This document shows positions 1 through 9,061 of a stretch of 64,000 bases of DNA, in pieces. The stretch is from an uncultured delta proteobacterium. Lineage in GTDB: Bacteria > Desulfobacterota > Binatia > Binatales > Binataceae. Numbering within the stretch: position 1 is the first letter of the stretch; each line of letters begins with the position of its first letter. The position numbers and the translations under genes were made by a program. The stretch lies in NCBI GenBank assembly GCA_963808235.1, contig CAWEEQ010000004.1, positions 2,880,001-2,944,000 on the forward strand, in the 5' to 3' direction. Under the pieces are notes generated by a model that made no database searches, was not told the DNA's origin, and worked only from the letters and a program-made list of their open reading frames with translations.

Positions 1-1
1 G

Positions 2-223
2 CAGGGTCCTGACTTCATCTTCGACGACACACCAGTCACAGGGACCGCCGGTGACGACGTCGACCCCGTACCGACATCGGTGCAGGTACGTGCCGAACGA
101 TGCGCCAAAGACAAGACGGCGCGCGTTTACACCATCGACGTCACGTGCAGTGATGAGGGCGCCACGGATGACGTGCAGTTGTTCGTCACGGTCTCGCACG
201 ACAAGGGCAAGCACGGACACTAA
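2..223 (+). CDS. 3' end of a probable secreted protein (partial, runs off window start)
   Basis: Frame 2 is open from base 2 to TAA 221-223: QGPDFIFDD...VQVRAERCAKDKTARVYTIDVTCSDEG...VTVSHDKGKHGH. It resembles the RAER..RVYTI..VxVPHD C-terminal module of secreted proteins and is followed by a hairpin. Not in the ORF track. Confidence 0.65.
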   Translation, partial: QGPDFIFDDTPVTGTAGDDVDPVPTSVQVRAERCAKDKTARVYTIDVTCSDEGATDDVQLFVTVSHDKGKHGH

Positions 224-243
224 ACCGACTCGTGAATGACTAT

Positions 244-276
244 GAAGCCGCGTCCGTAATAGGGCGCGGCTTTCTT
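244..276. terminator. Intrinsic terminator between convergent genes, probably bidirectional
   Basis: Stem AAGCCGCGTCC / GGGCGCGGCTT followed by TCTT. Confidence 0.7.
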
Positions 277-296
277 ATTGGCGGTTAATTGATCGC

Positions 297-1349
297 TCAG
301 ATTCCGGCGGTGAAAATCGCGTCGGCGTCGGTGCCGGCCAGACAAGAATCGACGAACGCGCGATCCGCCCCGCGGAGCGCCGCGTACCCTTCACGCAGCC
401 AGTTGAGGCATTTGCCTTGATACGGGAACGGCTGCTGTATCCATGGGCGCCCGTCGATCTCACACTCGACTCGCTCGGCATGCCTACTGAGCGCGCGAGC
501 GTTTGCGATCAGGAACGGCGCGTACACGCGGCCGATCTCGGCGAAGAAACCCCGCATCGTCGGTGCAAGCTTGTCGCGCGGAGTCCATTCCTTCGCTTCG
601 AGCCCCGACAGATCGTCCATATGCGACACCCAGGATACGACGCGCGGCGTCTCGCGCGCGGCGATCGCAGCCGGAGTCGGATCGAAATGCGCAAGCTGGC
701 TTAGCTGCCCGAAGAGTCCGAAATCAGCGACTCCCGGCCGCCCACCCATCAGGAAGTAGCGGCCCGCTTTCAGATGATCGTCGAGCAGATGGAGCAGACG
801 GCGGTAACTGTCCTCGATCACCGGCGCCGTGATCTCGTTCGAGCCGACCACGCGCAAGCGGGCGATTTGCCGCTCAGCAATATACGACGACAGCTTTGCG
901 AGAGCGTCGTCGCCGAGATGCAAGTCGCGATCGAGCGCAAGGACGTGCGAAGCCTTCTGGATATCGGCGTCGTACTTCCATCGGTAGTGAAACATCGGCT
1001 TGGTCAGCCACTCGTCGGCGTAGTCCTCGACCAGCTCCTGTATAAAAGCGAGCGCTGGATCCGGCGGAACCAGCGAGCGCTCGGGATACATCGACTCGAG
1101 GCGTTTGATCTGAAAGGTGGAATCGATCATGACCTCATCGGAAGTGGCCTCCTCGCGGGCTCCGTCGCGGCCGGGGAAGACAAGCACCGGGATCAGCGCG
1201 ACCGGCACCGGCGGAATCCCGACGTCGGCGGAAGAGCCGCGCATAATCCATCGAAACGGAATCCGTCGATAGCGCATTACCGCGCGCATCTTGCGCGAGT
1301 AAGGCGATCCGTAGCCGCCGACGAGTTTCAAAATGGGGATCTGGGTCAT
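297..1349 (-). CDS. Glutathione S-transferase family protein
   Basis: N-terminal GSPYSRKMRAVMRY, IP and DST motifs; C-terminal FLMGGRPGVADFGLFGQL. Confidence 0.85.
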   Translation of the reverse strand: MTQIPILKLVGGYGSPYSRKMRAVMRYRRIPFRWIMRGSSADVGIPPVPVALIPVLVFPGRDGAREEATSDEVMIDSTFQIKRLESMYPERSLVPPDPALAFIQELVEDYADEWLTKPMFHYRWKYDADIQKASHVLALDRDLHLGDDALAKLSSYIAERQIARLRVVGSNEITAPVIEDSYRRLLHLLDDHLKAGRYFLMGGRPGVADFGLFGQLSQLAHFDPTPAAIAARETPRVVSWVSHMDDLSGLEAKEWTPRDKLAPTMRGFFAEIGRVYAPFLIANARALSRHAERVECEIDGRPWIQQPFPYQGKCLNWLREGYAALRGADRAFVDSCLAGTDADAIFTAGI

Positions 1350-1365
1350 TTTGTGAGCCTTGCCG

Positions 1366-1833
1366 TTACTTGCCGCGGTGGTGGCGCGGGCGATCGTCGC
1401 GGCCCTCGGTCTGCGCCTTTTTCCAGTAGCCCCAGGGGTTGTGCACGAGTTCCAGTTTTATTCCGTCAGGATCGGCGAAGAAGACGGCGTAGTAATTCTG
1501 GCCGTACTGCGGATACTCGGCGGGAGTATCGAGAATCGTGATTTTTTCGCGGACCAGGAAGCGGTGGAATTCGTCAACGTCGGCGCGGGAGCGGGCGCGG
1601 AATGCGATGTGATGGAGGCCGACGCGGTAGCGATCGAATTGCGCGCCGCGATTTGGGTCCGATGCGGGGCGAATCGCGAGCGTCATGTGCGCGTTGGACC
1701 AGTAGATGTAATTTTCGTTCTCGCCTTTGCGAAATCCGAGTTCGCCGAGCACTTGGTCGTAGAAGGCGCGCGAGCGGGCGACTTCGTTCACGGTCAGATC
1801 GATGTGTTCGATACCAAAGACTTCGATTGGCAT
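1366..1833 (-). CDS. VOC/glyoxalase family protein
   Basis: IEHIDLTV, GLHHIAF, FFADPDGIKLELV motifs. Confidence 0.9.
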   Translation of the reverse strand: MPIEVFGIEHIDLTVNEVARSRAFYDQVLGELGFRKGENENYIYWSNAHMTLAIRPASDPNRGAQFDRYRVGLHHIAFRARSRADVDEFHRFLVREKITILDTPAEYPQYGQNYYAVFFADPDGIKLELVHNPWGYWKKAQTEGRDDRPRHHRGK

Positions 1834-1840
1834 GCGATTC

Positions 1841-2371
1841 TCAGCGGCGCTCGAGGTCGAGGAAGTCGCGGGCGCGGTAGAGGGCGGCGATCGTTTTTGC
1901 GTCGATGATGTCGCCGCGCCGGATCATCGCGAATGTCTCCTCGAATGGAACGCGGCTAACGCGAATTACCTCGTCGTGATCGAGTGAGCCCGCGCCCGCC
2001 GATAACTCCCGCGCGAGAAAGAGTTCGATTCGCTCATCGCAGAAACTTGGGATGGTGACGATCGCGCCCAGACGGTCCCATCGCGCGGCCGCCAGGCTGG
2101 CCTCTTCGCCGAGTTCTCGGCGCGCGCATTGAAGGAAATCTTCGCCCGAGTTGCGGCATCCGGCGGGGATTTCCGAGAGCCATCCGCCGATCGCATGACG
2201 ATACTGGGTGAGCATCGCGACTTGCTGGTTGTCATCGAGGGCGACGATCGCGCTAGCGCCGGGATGGCGGATTACGGCGAGATCGACTTGTTTGCCGCCC
2301 GGGAGCTCGGCGGTCTCGATTCCGAGATCGACAACTCCAAGTTTGAGCACGGGCCTGCGATTGGAAGACAT
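1841..2371 (-). CDS. NUDIX hydrolase (ADP-ribose pyrophosphatase-like)
   Basis: Nudix box PAGCRNSGEDFLQCARRELGEEAS, QYRHAIG, IIDAKTIAAL. Start set at ATG 2371. Confidence 0.85.
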   Translation of the reverse strand: MSSNRRPVLKLGVVDLGIETAELPGGKQVDLAVIRHPGASAIVALDDNQQVAMLTQYRHAIGGWLSEIPAGCRNSGEDFLQCARRELGEEASLAAARWDRLGAIVTIPSFCDERIELFLARELSAGAGSLDHDEVIRVSRVPFEETFAMIRRGDIIDAKTIAALYRARDFLDLERR

Positions 2372-2781
2372 TGTGAAGTTAAACCTAGGAATAAACATGG
2401 GCGAGCCGTAGGGCTCGTGCAAGCGCGGGCGAGAGGGCAACGGGCATTTGCGGACGGGTGCGGAACGCACCGGGGACAGGGTCAAGAGTACACTACTATA
2501 GTGGGAAAGTATAGAGGAAACCCAAGGGATGGGAAAAAGATCCGGATGCGAAACCCATAGTGGGTTTCGCGCTTCCTCTGGTGGGAGAAAAAGATCAAGG
2601 ATGCGACGCATCGCGCCTGTTGGAAGGGTTAGTGCTGAGAAGATCGTTCTCTGTATTGCTGTTGATCCGCAGAACCCCTCACCTACCGGGCCGCTGGGCG
2701 GCTGGCCTCCTCTCCGGTGAAAATAACGGGCGAGGTAACGAATTGCGGGCGTCGTGGGAGTGCGGGAGTATCGGAGACATC

Positions 2782-3387
2782 ATGGAGCGGGTGCGGATTC
2801 CGATTTATTTCGATTATGCGTCGACGCTTTGCTATATCGCATGGCGGATTGTGGGGCAGCTCGAAACTGAGCTTAGGTTTGAGGCGCTGTGGAAGGGGGT
2901 GCCGATTGCGTTGCGCGATTTTCGGGCCAAGCCCGGGCGGGTGCTGGGCGAGCGCGAGCGGCAGAAGGTGTTGTTGGTCGCGGCTGAGACGGGAATTTTA
3001 GTTGCGCCGCCGGCGAGCTGGATCGATTCGGGGGCGGCACTGCAGGGATCGGAGCTGGCGCGCGATGCAGGGGTTTTTCGGGCGTATCATGACGGTGTGT
3101 TTCGCGCGGCGTTCGATGAGGGTGGCGATATTTCGCGGCTTGAATTGCTGGAGGGAATTGCGGAGCGGGCGGGGATGGATCGAGGCGAGTTTCGCGCCGG
3201 GGTCGAGAGCGGACGGATGGAAGCGCGGTTGGAGGATAACAAAAGAGAAGCTGAGGAATTTTCCGCGCTTGGGTATCCGACTTTCATCCTTGGTGATTTT
3301 CCGATGATCGGGATTCAGCCGATCGAATCGATGCGGCTCTTGCTTGGGCGGTTTATTCGGCAGCGTAGTGGGGAGCCGAATGCTTGA
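2782..3387 (+). CDS. DsbA/FrnE-like thioredoxin-fold protein
   Basis: IYFDYASTLCYI and GYPTFILG...GIQP motifs; ATG 2782 preceded by GGAG. Confidence 0.8.
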   Translation: MERVRIPIYFDYASTLCYIAWRIVGQLETELRFEALWKGVPIALRDFRAKPGRVLGERERQKVLLVAAETGILVAPPASWIDSGAALQGSELARDAGVFRAYHDGVFRAAFDEGGDISRLELLEGIAERAGMDRGEFRAGVESGRMEARLEDNKREAEEFSALGYPTFILGDFPMIGIQPIESMRLLLGRFIRQRSGEPNA

Positions 3388-3394
3388 GCTGAAT

Positions 3395-4026
3395 TCCGGC
3401 GCCGTCTCCCGATTGTGCGGATCGCGACGTTAGTCGCGAGCCGCGGGAGAGGTCAGATCGACGTGGCAGGCGTGTCGCCGGTGCGGGAGATGGCGTGGTG
3501 TGATTGACGTTGAGAAAGATCCCGGATTCTTCGCTGCGCTCAGAATGACACGGACAAAAAATAGAAAGACGCAAAACAGTTGTCGTCTTGGCGGTGGCTT
3601 TGAAGTTCGGCGATAACTTCTCTCGACGCGAATCGCGTCGACCTCTCCTTTCCTTGGACATAAGAGCATAACCCTAGCGCGGCTTTCGGAGCAGAGCAGA
3701 ATCTTGAATCGCGCGCCAAAAAAGGCGCGCTGGATAAGGTCCCTCACCTGCAATCCTCTCCCATCGGGAGAGAGGGGATGATGCCGCGACCAGGTATGCA
3801 TAGCCTTCTTGGACAAGGAGAGGTGAGATCGGCCTGGCGAGCGTGTCGCTGGCTCGAGTGATGGTGTGGTGGGATTCGCGTTGAGAAAGATCCGGGGTCC
3901 CTCGGCTTCGCTCGGGATGACACAAAGATAAGAATTGCGCTTGGGCGTGAGCTTTGGCCCGCATCGCGATTTCGACTGGCTTACTGGCTTACCTAACCCC
4001 TAACCCCTTCCCTTGAGGGAAGGGGA
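3395..4026. repeat. Intergenic cluster of palindromic (REP/BIME-like) repeats
   Basis: Diverged direct repeat 3446-3551 vs 3817-3923, each ending in a reverse TGTC-tagged hairpin (3521-3550, 3892-3922). CCCTC/CCTCTCCC..GGGAGAGG hairpins at about 3401-3454, 3741-3777 and 4004-4025. Confidence 0.8.
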
Positions 4027-4057
4027 ACAATCGCTTTTATTTTGAGCGCGGCAAGAA

Positions 4058-4894
4058 CTAGCGGGCGAGGAAGACTGGGCAGGGGGAGTTGCGCAGGACG
4101 TACTCGGTGGTCGAGCCCAGGACCATCTCGATGATCCGGCTGTGGCCGTAGGCGCCGATGAAGAGCAGGTCGGCATCGTACTCTTTGAGGAATTTGACGA
4201 CTTCTTCGTTGGCGTGTCCTTGCAATAATTTGAACTCTGCCTTCGGGGTGTAGTTTTCGAAATAGACCTTCGCCTCGGAGAGCGTGCGTTCGCCGAGCTT
4301 TGCATCGCGCGCGACCGTGACGACGGTGAGCGGCACGCCGAGGACGTTGGCAAACTCCGCTGCCGAGCGCATCGCACGCGAGGCGCGCTCGCTGCCGTCG
4401 TAGGCGAGGACCGGGCGTTTCACTTCTCTGAAGCGATTGGGCGAGATGAACATCTGGCGCGGCGATTTGCGCGCCACGCTTTCCGCGGTCGAGCCGAGGA
4501 GCCCGGTCGAAAAGCGCTCGTTGACGCCGCGGTGGCCGATCATCACGAGATCGGCGCTGCGGGCGCGATCGCAAATCTGGTTGGCGACGATGCCCATATC
4601 GAGGACGGTCTCGACGCCGAGGTTCTCGCGCTTTGCCGAGGCGGTGAATTCGTCGAGCACTTCGCGGCCGCGCGTGGTCAGCACCTCGCGCATCTTGGAG
4701 GAGAAATCCAGATATGGTTCCAGCCCGAGCGAACCTGATATATCATGGAAAAACGAGCCTTCGATCGAAACGATATCGACGACGTGCAGACCGATAAGGG
4801 TGGCACTGAAAAGGCGGGCGAAATAAAAAGCATACGCCTGTGCGTTGCGGGAATGTTCGGAGGTGTCGATACCGACGAGGATTTTTTTGATCAA
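4058..4894 (-). CDS. Universal stress protein (tandem Usp domains)
   Basis: KILVGIDTSEHS, LLGSTAESVAR, LAYDGSERA, VLGSTTEYVLRNSPCPV. Confidence 0.93.
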   Translation of the reverse strand: MIKKILVGIDTSEHSRNAQAYAFYFARLFSATLIGLHVVDIVSIEGSFFHDISGSLGLEPYLDFSSKMREVLTTRGREVLDEFTASAKRENLGVETVLDMGIVANQICDRARSADLVMIGHRGVNERFSTGLLGSTAESVARKSPRQMFISPNRFREVKRPVLAYDGSERASRAMRSAAEFANVLGVPLTVVTVARDAKLGERTLSEAKVYFENYTPKAEFKLLQGHANEEVVKFLKEYDADLLFIGAYGHSRIIEMVLGSTTEYVLRNSPCPVFLAR

Positions 4895-4988
4895 GTGGGT
4901 GACCTCCGCGCCAGCTATCGCGATAACATGAGGCGCGGTGAAGCCTCAAGAGGGTGCGAAGATTGCGCGTGGAGCTTGAGTCGGGGGG

Positions 4989-5074
4989 CCCTCATCCGTC
5001 GCGCGACATGAATGTCGCGGGACGACCTCTCCCGGTTTGCGGATCGCGACGTAGTAGCGAGCCGCGGGAGAGGT
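4989..5074. repeat. CCCTC-tagged multi-hairpin palindromic repeat
   Basis: CCCTCATCCGTCGCGCGACATGAATGTCGCGGGACGACCTCTCCC...GCGGGAGAGGT. The 3' half matches 3401-3454 (GCGGATCGCGACGT..GCGAGCCGCGGGAGAGGT). Confidence 0.75.
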
Positions 5075-5097
5075 AGGATAGCGATGGTGGAGAAGAT

Positions 5098-5391
5098 ATG
5101 AGCGAGTTGAGTGAGGCGCGGGTTATGAAAATCGTCGACGAGCTTGCGGAGGCGGCGGAGCGGGTGGGACTCACGGTCCGGCGCGAAAAGATCCTGCGCG
5201 AAATCGGCTATCGCACTCGCGGCGGCTCGTGCCGGCTGCGCGAGCGCGACCTGGTGATCATCGATCGCGACCAGCCGGCGTCCGAGCAGCTCGAAGTGAT
5301 CGCGGAGGCGCTGCGCTCGCGCGACCTCGAAAGTGTCTATCTATCGCCGGCGGCGCGGCGCGTCGTTCACGTCGGAGAGACCCAAACCTGA
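5098..5391 (+). CDS. Hypothetical protein upstream of Fur
   Basis: GGAGAAG RBS, typical codon usage, 8 nt from the Fur start. Confidence 0.75.
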   Translation: MSELSEARVMKIVDELAEAAERVGLTVRREKILREIGYRTRGGSCRLRERDLVIIDRDQPASEQLEVIAEALRSRDLESVYLSPAARRVVHVGETQT

Positions 5392-5399
5392 GTGCCGAG

Positions 5400-5903
5400 A
5401 TGCCTCGTCCGGGCGAAACCGCGTCGGCCGGTCATACTGTAATCGACCGCAAACCCGCGATCAGCGCGGAAGAGCGGATGCAGACCTTCCACGCGCGGCT
5501 GAAAGAGCGCGGACTCAAATCGACCGGCCAGCGCGACGATATCGCACGCGTGTTCTTCGACTTGGGGCATCATATAAGCGCCGAGGAATTGTATGCCGAG
5601 GTCAAGAAGATCAATCCTCATGTCGGTTACGCGACGATCTACCGCACGCTGCGGCTGCTGAAAGAATGCGTGCTTCTTTATGAGCGGCATTTCGACGAGG
5701 GGCAGGCGCGCTACGAGGCAGTCGGCGAGCGGCATCACGATCATTTTATCTGCGAGCGATGCGGGCGGATTATCGAGTTCGAAAATGCGGCGATCGAGCG
5801 GATGCAGAATATCGTGGCGCGCGATCTCGGGGTGACGCTGACGCGGCATAAGATGGAGCTTTACGGAATCTGCGCCGATTGCCACGCTGAACAGAGAATG
5901 TGA
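5400..5903 (+). CDS. fur: Fur family transcriptional regulator
   Basis: GLKSTGQR, HISAEEL, ATIYRTL, HHDHFICERCG and C-terminal CADC. Start uncertain (5400 or 5478). Confidence 0.88.
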   Translation: MPRPGETASAGHTVIDRKPAISAEERMQTFHARLKERGLKSTGQRDDIARVFFDLGHHISAEELYAEVKKINPHVGYATIYRTLRLLKECVLLYERHFDEGQARYEAVGERHHDHFICERCGRIIEFENAAIERMQNIVARDLGVTLTRHKMELYGICADCHAEQRM

Positions 5904-6331
5904 TCACGGCATCTGATCGCCATTTCGCTGTCTCGTTCATGAAAAACGGATATCTCCTGTTCTTCATCAGTTTGTGGATCATCTCGACGGCGGCCGTCAT
6001 CGCGGCCTTCCGCTACGGGTTAGTGCTAGCGGCTGGCCGATTACCCTGGCTGCTCCCTGCGCTGGCTGTTGCACTTTTGTCGTTCGCCGCGTTTTGTGCG
6101 AAACAGTACACATCTGGTGGCGGGGCTTCCATACAACGACGCCTTTCTCTGTCTTTGGCGATTGGCAACGGCGCCTTAGGTCTATCTGTACTGGCAGTAG
6201 TCCTATGCGATCCGCCTACATCGCAAATGATGAAATGGGGACTGCCGAGTCTCGTCATATTCAGCTTCATCCTATTTAAAGGGCTTGTACTATGGAGCGC
6301 ATACGCGAAGGAGGACAAGAGTCCGCTGTAG
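5900..6331 (+). CDS. Hypothetical membrane protein (about 4 TM)
   Basis: Hydrophobic segments, visibly lower GC than flanks, GTGA overlap with the fur stop. Confidence 0.55.
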   Translation: MITASDRHFAVSFMKNGYLLFFISLWIISTAAVIAAFRYGLVLAAGRLPWLLPALAVALLSFAAFCAKQYTSGGGASIQRRLSLSLAIGNGALGLSVLAVVLCDPPTSQMMKWGLPSLVIFSFILFKGLVLWSAYAKEDKSPL

Positions 6332-6404
6332 CCATTCGCCTACCGCCGTTCGGTTCCGCATCCTGATCTTGGACTTCCCGCGCATCTGGTTCTAGGATAC
6401 GGCG

Positions 6405-7687
6405 ATGGACAAAACGCGCAGGATGCTCGAAGGATACCGGGTTCTCGATTTCACCCATTTTGTGGCGGGGCCGACCTGCACCCGGATCATGGGCGAGATG
6501 GGCGCCGACGTGATCAAGATCGAGCGGAGCAGCGGCGGCGATCACGTGCGCCATCTCGGGCTGGTCCGCGACGGAATGAGCACGTACTACTTCCAGCACA
6601 ATCATTCGAAGCGAAGCCTCGCGCTCGATGTGCAGAATCCTCGCGCGCGCGAACTTATTCTTGCGATGATTCCGAAAATCGACGTGGTGGTGGAAAATTT
6701 CGCGCCGGGCGTGATCGCGGCGTTGGGTTTTGGCTACGAGGTGCTTCGCAAAATCAATCCGCGGATCATCATGTGCTCGATTTCGGTCGCCGGGCAGAGC
6801 GGACCGCTGCGAGACAAGCCGGGCTACGACTACCTGGGAGCGGTCGCTGGCGGGAGTGATCGATCTGATTGGCGAGCCGGACCGCGCGCCGTCGGTGCCG
6901 GCGCTGGCGATCGGCGACGTATCGACGGGAGTTGCGGCCGCGATGGCGGTGGGATTTGCGCTGCTCAATCGCGAGCGCACCGGCGAGGGGCAGTATATCG
7001 ACGCGTCGCTGCTCGACACTTATTTTCACATGCAGGAACTGGCGGTGCCGGTCATCTCGCTGCGGCCGGGCAAGTTCTCGATGACGCGCGCGGGCTCGTC
7101 GCATCCGACCGGCGGCCCGTGCGGCGTGTTCAAGGCGAGCCGACGGCTACGTGTTCCTGGTGGTGCAGCAGCATGAGATGGCGCGACTGTGGCGCGCGAT
7201 GAAGCGTCCCGATCTGGCCGAGGACCCGCGCTTCAAGACCAATCGCGATCGAATTAAAAACAATGTCGAGTTCAAGCGCATCTTCGAGGAGTGGCTCGGG
7301 ACGTTTCCCGATCGCGAGGCGGCGATCGCGGTGCTCGACGCCGAGCGGGTGCCGTGCGCGCCGGTCTACAAGGTGGCGGAGACGATGGCGCATCCGCATA
7401 TGCGCGCGCGCAAAACAGTGCGCCGGGTGAAGGACGCCGCGATGGGCGAATTCGATATCCCCGGGATGCCGGTGAAATTTTCCACGTGGCCGGATCGGAC
7501 CGACGTGAAGGCCTCGCGGGTGGGCGCGGACAACGACGCGATACTGAGCGAAGTACTCGGGCTGACGGCGGCGGAGATTGCGGATTTGTATCGGGAGAAG
7601 GTGCTGATCGCGGCGCCGGCGGTCGAGCCGAAACCGGAGGCCTCGGCAAGGCCGGAGGTCGTGCCAAAACCGGAGGTCGTGCGATGA
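6405..7687 (+). CDS. CaiB/BaiF family CoA transferase, split by two frameshifts (about 6845 and 7140)
   Basis: RVLDFTHFVAGP, GADVIKIE, VVENFAPG, GQYIDASLLD, DPRFKTN and GMPVKFS lie in three consecutive ORF pieces. Confidence 0.85.
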
Positions 7688-8051
7688 TCAAATCGCGCGG
7701 ATTGCATCATATAAATCTCAACGTCAGCGACATCGCGCGCTCGCTCAAATTTTACCAGGAGGCGTTCGGGCTCGAGGTGGAATTCTGGGAAGGCAAGACG
7801 ATGGTGTTTCTTCATTCGGCGGGCGCGACGGACACGATCACATTGTGCCAGGCGAAGTTGGAGAGCCGGTCGCGGGCGGCGGCGTTTCGCACTTCGGATT
7901 CTCGCTCACCAAGGGCGGTCTCGACGAAGCGGTGGTCCAGGTCGAACACGCGGGCGGCAAACTGCTCAGCCGCGGAAAGCATGGCGGACAGTTTCCCTAC
8001 GCATACATCAGCGATCCGGACGGCTACGTGATCGAGCTCGGCAACTCGTGA
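7684..8051 (+). CDS. VOC family protein, frameshift at about 7858
   Basis: GLHHINLNVSDIARSLKFY, then in another frame GGVSHFGF...YISDPDGYVIEL. Confidence 0.8.
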
Positions 8052-8085
8052 AACTGTGAAACTGTGAAACGGTGAAAAGTGAAAC
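8048..8085 (+). repeat. Short tandem repeat GTGAAAC(T) x5 at a gene junction
   Basis: GTGAAACT GTGAAACT GTGAAACG GTGAAAA GTGAAAC. Confidence 0.85.
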
Positions 8086-8366
8086 ACGCGGGACCGGATG
8101 CGCTCGATCGGCTGGAGCCGATACTGCGCGAGATCAGAAAGCTCGAGGGACTTACAGAAGAGAAACGCGGGACGTTCTACTGTCGCGGGAACGCGATGCT
8201 GCATTTCCATGAAGATCCAGCGGGATTCTTCGCCGATCTCAAGGTCGACGGAGAATTCGTGCGCCTGGCGGTGAATAGTAAACGGGAAGTGGCGGCGTTT
8301 TTGCGTGGCGCGGCCGACGCGCTCAGGAATGTCGCGGCGGGCCGTCGTCAGAAGAGCGACGCTTAG
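8079..8366 (+). CDS. Conserved hypothetical protein
   Basis: MKHAGPDALDRLEPIL...GTFY...LHFHEDPAGFFADLK, a compact globular sequence. Confidence 0.7.
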   Translation: MKHAGPDALDRLEPILREIRKLEGLTEEKRGTFYCRGNAMLHFHEDPAGFFADLKVDGEFVRLAVNSKREVAAFLRGAADALRNVAAGRRQKSDA

Positions 8367-8574
8367 GCGGACCGATGTTGCGCGCGGCCGGCGGGACCGA
8401 CTCGGGGCCGGCGCGATGACGGAACTTCATGTCGTCGCCGCAATATGGGCAATTCACGTCGTTGTATTTCACAATTCGTCCGCAGTAGGGGCATTTGTAG
8501 CGGCGGCTCGCGACCCAGTAGAAGGCGGCTGCCGTCAGCGCGACCATCAGCAAGCCGATAATTGTCTGATACAC
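8323..8574 (-). CDS. Small membrane-anchored zinc-ribbon protein
   Basis: GTG 8574 with AGGAG RBS; TM helix followed by CPYC..CPYC. Confidence 0.7.
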   Translation of the reverse strand: MYQTIIGLLMVALTAAAFYWVASRRYKCPYCGRIVKYNDVNCPYCGDDMKFRHRAGPESVPPAARNIGPPKRRSSDDGPPRHS

Positions 8575-8600
8575 GAGAATCGGCTCCTGGAGCGGGCGCG

Positions 8601-9023
8601 CTACGCCAGACCTTTTTTGAGCGCGTCCTCGAGCGCGCCGATATTGACGCGATGCCCCTCGGCCATCACGGTCAGAAACGCGCTCAGATGCGGGTCGCGA
8701 ACGGTCGCAGCATTTTCCTCGATTTTGCGGATCACCCATCGTTGTCCGCGATTGAGCAGATCGAGCCGGCCGCGAAAATCGGCAACGGCGCGAACTTTCT
8801 CCACGAAGTCTCCCGTTTTGGTCGACGGAGTACCGCCGAGGCGGCGCACGTGCGCGGCGAGCTCGCCGGCGTAGTAGCCCTCGTCGTGACCGACCTTCTT
8901 GAGCATCTCGCGGAGTTCAAGCGAGCTCGCCTGCTCGGTGAGCTCGTGCAGGATGCGGCCGCCGGCGCGCTCGGCCTCGCCGAGCAAGTTGAGGAATCCT
9001 TCGATTTGCGAATCCATCGTCAC
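8601..9023 (-). CDS. Ferritin-like fold protein (DUF6306-like)
   Basis: LNLLGEAERAG, DEGYYA, TGDFVEK, LNRGQRWV, H..NI carboxylate/His pattern. Confidence 0.75.
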   Translation of the reverse strand: MTMDSQIEGFLNLLGEAERAGGRILHELTEQASSLELREMLKKVGHDEGYYAGELAAHVRRLGGTPSTKTGDFVEKVRAVADFRGRLDLLNRGQRWVIRKIEENAATVRDPHLSAFLTVMAEGHRVNIGALEDALKKGLA

Positions 9024-9061
9024 TAACCTCAGAACATTTGCTCTCTCGCGCCCCTTGCCTA

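Noticed and set aside
51-239. 62-aa ORF from the track
   Set aside because: Wrong frame. The overlapping frame 2-223 carries the recognisable protein motif.
3353-3964. ORFs 3353-3661, 3430-3816 and 3674-3964
   Set aside because: Read-through of palindromic repeats (CHSERSEES, VILSAAKN, CHPERSRG); no coding signal.
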